Origin: Lingula anatina
Lineage: Eukaryota; Animalia; Brachiopoda
NCBI GenBank assembly: GCA_051362555.1
Contig: CM120649.1
Span: forward strand, 17,250,567-17,314,566
DNA: 64,000 nucleotides
Direction: 5' to 3'
The translations under genes were made by a program, and so were the position numbers. This document shows, in pieces, positions 39,071 to 64,000 of this stretch; the first letter of the stretch is position 1; every line of letters starts with the position of its first letter. The notes under the pieces were generated by a model. That model made no database searches. It was not told where the DNA came from and saw only the letters and a program-made list of their open reading frames with translations.

Positions 39071-39954
39071 AGTGTTTCCTTTGTATTTATTAAAAGCAAT
39101 AAGCCTCTATTTGGTGTGGTAGTGACACAATAACTTATCCTAGATCGCACAAACTCGTAGGAAGTCGACTGCCACTAAAATTCTCCAGACTCGGTCGCAT
39201 TTCAGACTGAATGTGATAGCGTAACACATTTAGGAGAATGCATGCTTTGGGGGCTCTTAGGTTCTAAGATACTATCAATTAGAGTCTGAAGCTATGATAA
39301 ATATGACATACATGCTAAAAGATAATTATAATGATGATATAAGTATGGAAATAATTGCAACAAAAAAGTGTCATTGATTTATTATTTGATACTCCACAGT
39401 TAGCACAGAAGTATGGGAATCTAACCCCATACTGTCAAAATGTTTGTATGTTTAAACTGTGCACTCACCAGGTTGTCAAGTAGTCAGGGCCCCTCCTGTC
39501 TGCAGGACCAAATACATGGTGATATTTGCTCCCCCTTACGAAGAAGTCCTATAGGATCCTATAGGATTCTGTAGAAAATTGGCCCAATTTCCTACAGGCT
39601 TCCGTAAGGGCTGTCTCTTGATATATTTAATTGTTCTCTTGATCTGCTTCAAGATTCCCTTCCTATCTCTGCATCTCCCCTCCCTCCCCTCCAAGAATTT
39701 ATATACGAAATAGTACACTGTACTGCATGGCATAAAGTAGATGATAAACCCTTTAACAAGTAAAGAAAGCCACAAGTTTGGATTTTTTATCTCCCATAAT
39801 GGTTGCTGGATAAAATTATTGCCAGGCACTGAAATATTGCAGAGGAAATACCCTGTGTATATCAGTTGTATAGAGCAGCTATTATTCCAATTTTGATTTC
39901 ATAACACAGTTGTTGAAATATTTCTATTGTTTTGTCATTGCTTTCAGAGCTACC

Positions 39955-62918
<22,964 letters not shown>

Positions 62919-64000
62919 TCGACAGACCTTTGGAGAAGACTGTGTGGCTGGTTTAGGGGGTCTCTGGGGGGGGGGGGGGAGAGGGGGAAAAAGAGAGAGA
63001 GAGATCCTCAATGGAGTCCTTGGTGGAAATTATTTAATAAAATTTTGCTCACAATTTTTAATTTTTAAGAAATTATTTTTCACTGGGGAGGATCCTTGGA
63101 AGCGTTATCATTATATAAAATGGGATTTTGCAGAATTATTTTTCTACTCAAAATTATGGAACGTTTGTGATCTTCGTTTTTGTTGTTGTTGTTGTTGTAT
63201 GTAATCTGTTGTTAGTCTTGAGTATTCTTTGGGATCTGGCCAAAAATGTTACTGTAATACACCTGACCTTGGTGTGACAGTGACAAGTACAGTTACTACT
63301 CAGATTTAATTCATCTGGTTTTTTGTCGCTGTAAAGTTGTATGTAATTAATTATTCAGCTGTGCACAAGAAATAAGATGTTCAGTTTTGTCCGTCCAATG
63401 GAATTGTAATGACAGGTGTTTTCTCTGGATAAACAAGGAGACAGACTGATTATAATGTTATAACTTTAAGAATTTTTGAGAATTTATGACTTAAAAGATG
63501 CACTCTCTGCAAAATTCACGATTTCTTGCCCTTTGAAAAGATTGAGTTATTACCATGATGGGTCATAAATGATGTAGTGATATTTTCTTGTTAATTTTAT
63601 CTACTGCGTGTCATGAATATCATTTGACATGAATATCAAATGTGGGAGTCATTATGAGTACTTTAGAAATGTTTAAATCAGCATTATTTTCATATTAAAA
63701 GCTCAGAATTGTGGTGCTTTATTTAATTGATGATAATAAAGATAAAAATAATGCTAATAGTTTCAAATATTGCATTAATTGTTTTCACGTCATGATTTTA
63801 AATCTGCAAGTAAAATTGAAAAAAAAAAAAATCAAAATTACAGTTTAGGTGAAGGTTTGAAGGAATTTGCGTTAATACAACGAAGCACATTGGTTTTATT
63901 AAAAGACAAAACAACAGACCAATCTATCCCAGACAATGCTTTTCCAGTGACTTATGAAGGACGATGATCTACATTTAGTGGATGCAATTATAGCTTTGTA

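Overview
Eukaryotic, intron-rich and AT-rich window, most likely from a marine invertebrate (possibly a mollusc or other lophotrochozoan; taxon is inference). I reconstructed three spliced host genes by hand. (1) The 5' two-thirds of TRIP12 (HECT E3 ligase), minus strand, ATG at 14589, running off the left edge. (2) An IL-1-receptor-like gene (signal peptide, 2 Ig, TM, TIR, long tail; about 622 aa), minus strand, 23883-36834. (3) GCC2/GCC185 (GRIP golgin; about 2158 aa), plus strand, 39955-62918, head-to-head with the IL-1R-like gene. The main observation: two different, intact Mag-like Ty3/Gypsy LTR retrotransposons, each with apparently identical LTRs, sit inside coding exons of these two adjacent genes. 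Both are in sense orientation, both follow a GCT-CAG (Ala-Gln) codon pair, both have the same 5-bp TSD CTCAG, and both share an unusual 18-nt PBS. Removing each element plus one TSD restores the host reading frame exactly. The window also holds a decayed Tc1 transposon, two long-TIR foldback elements with clean TSDs, several MITEs, a 24-unit 146-bp satellite, and triplicated splice acceptors in GCC2.
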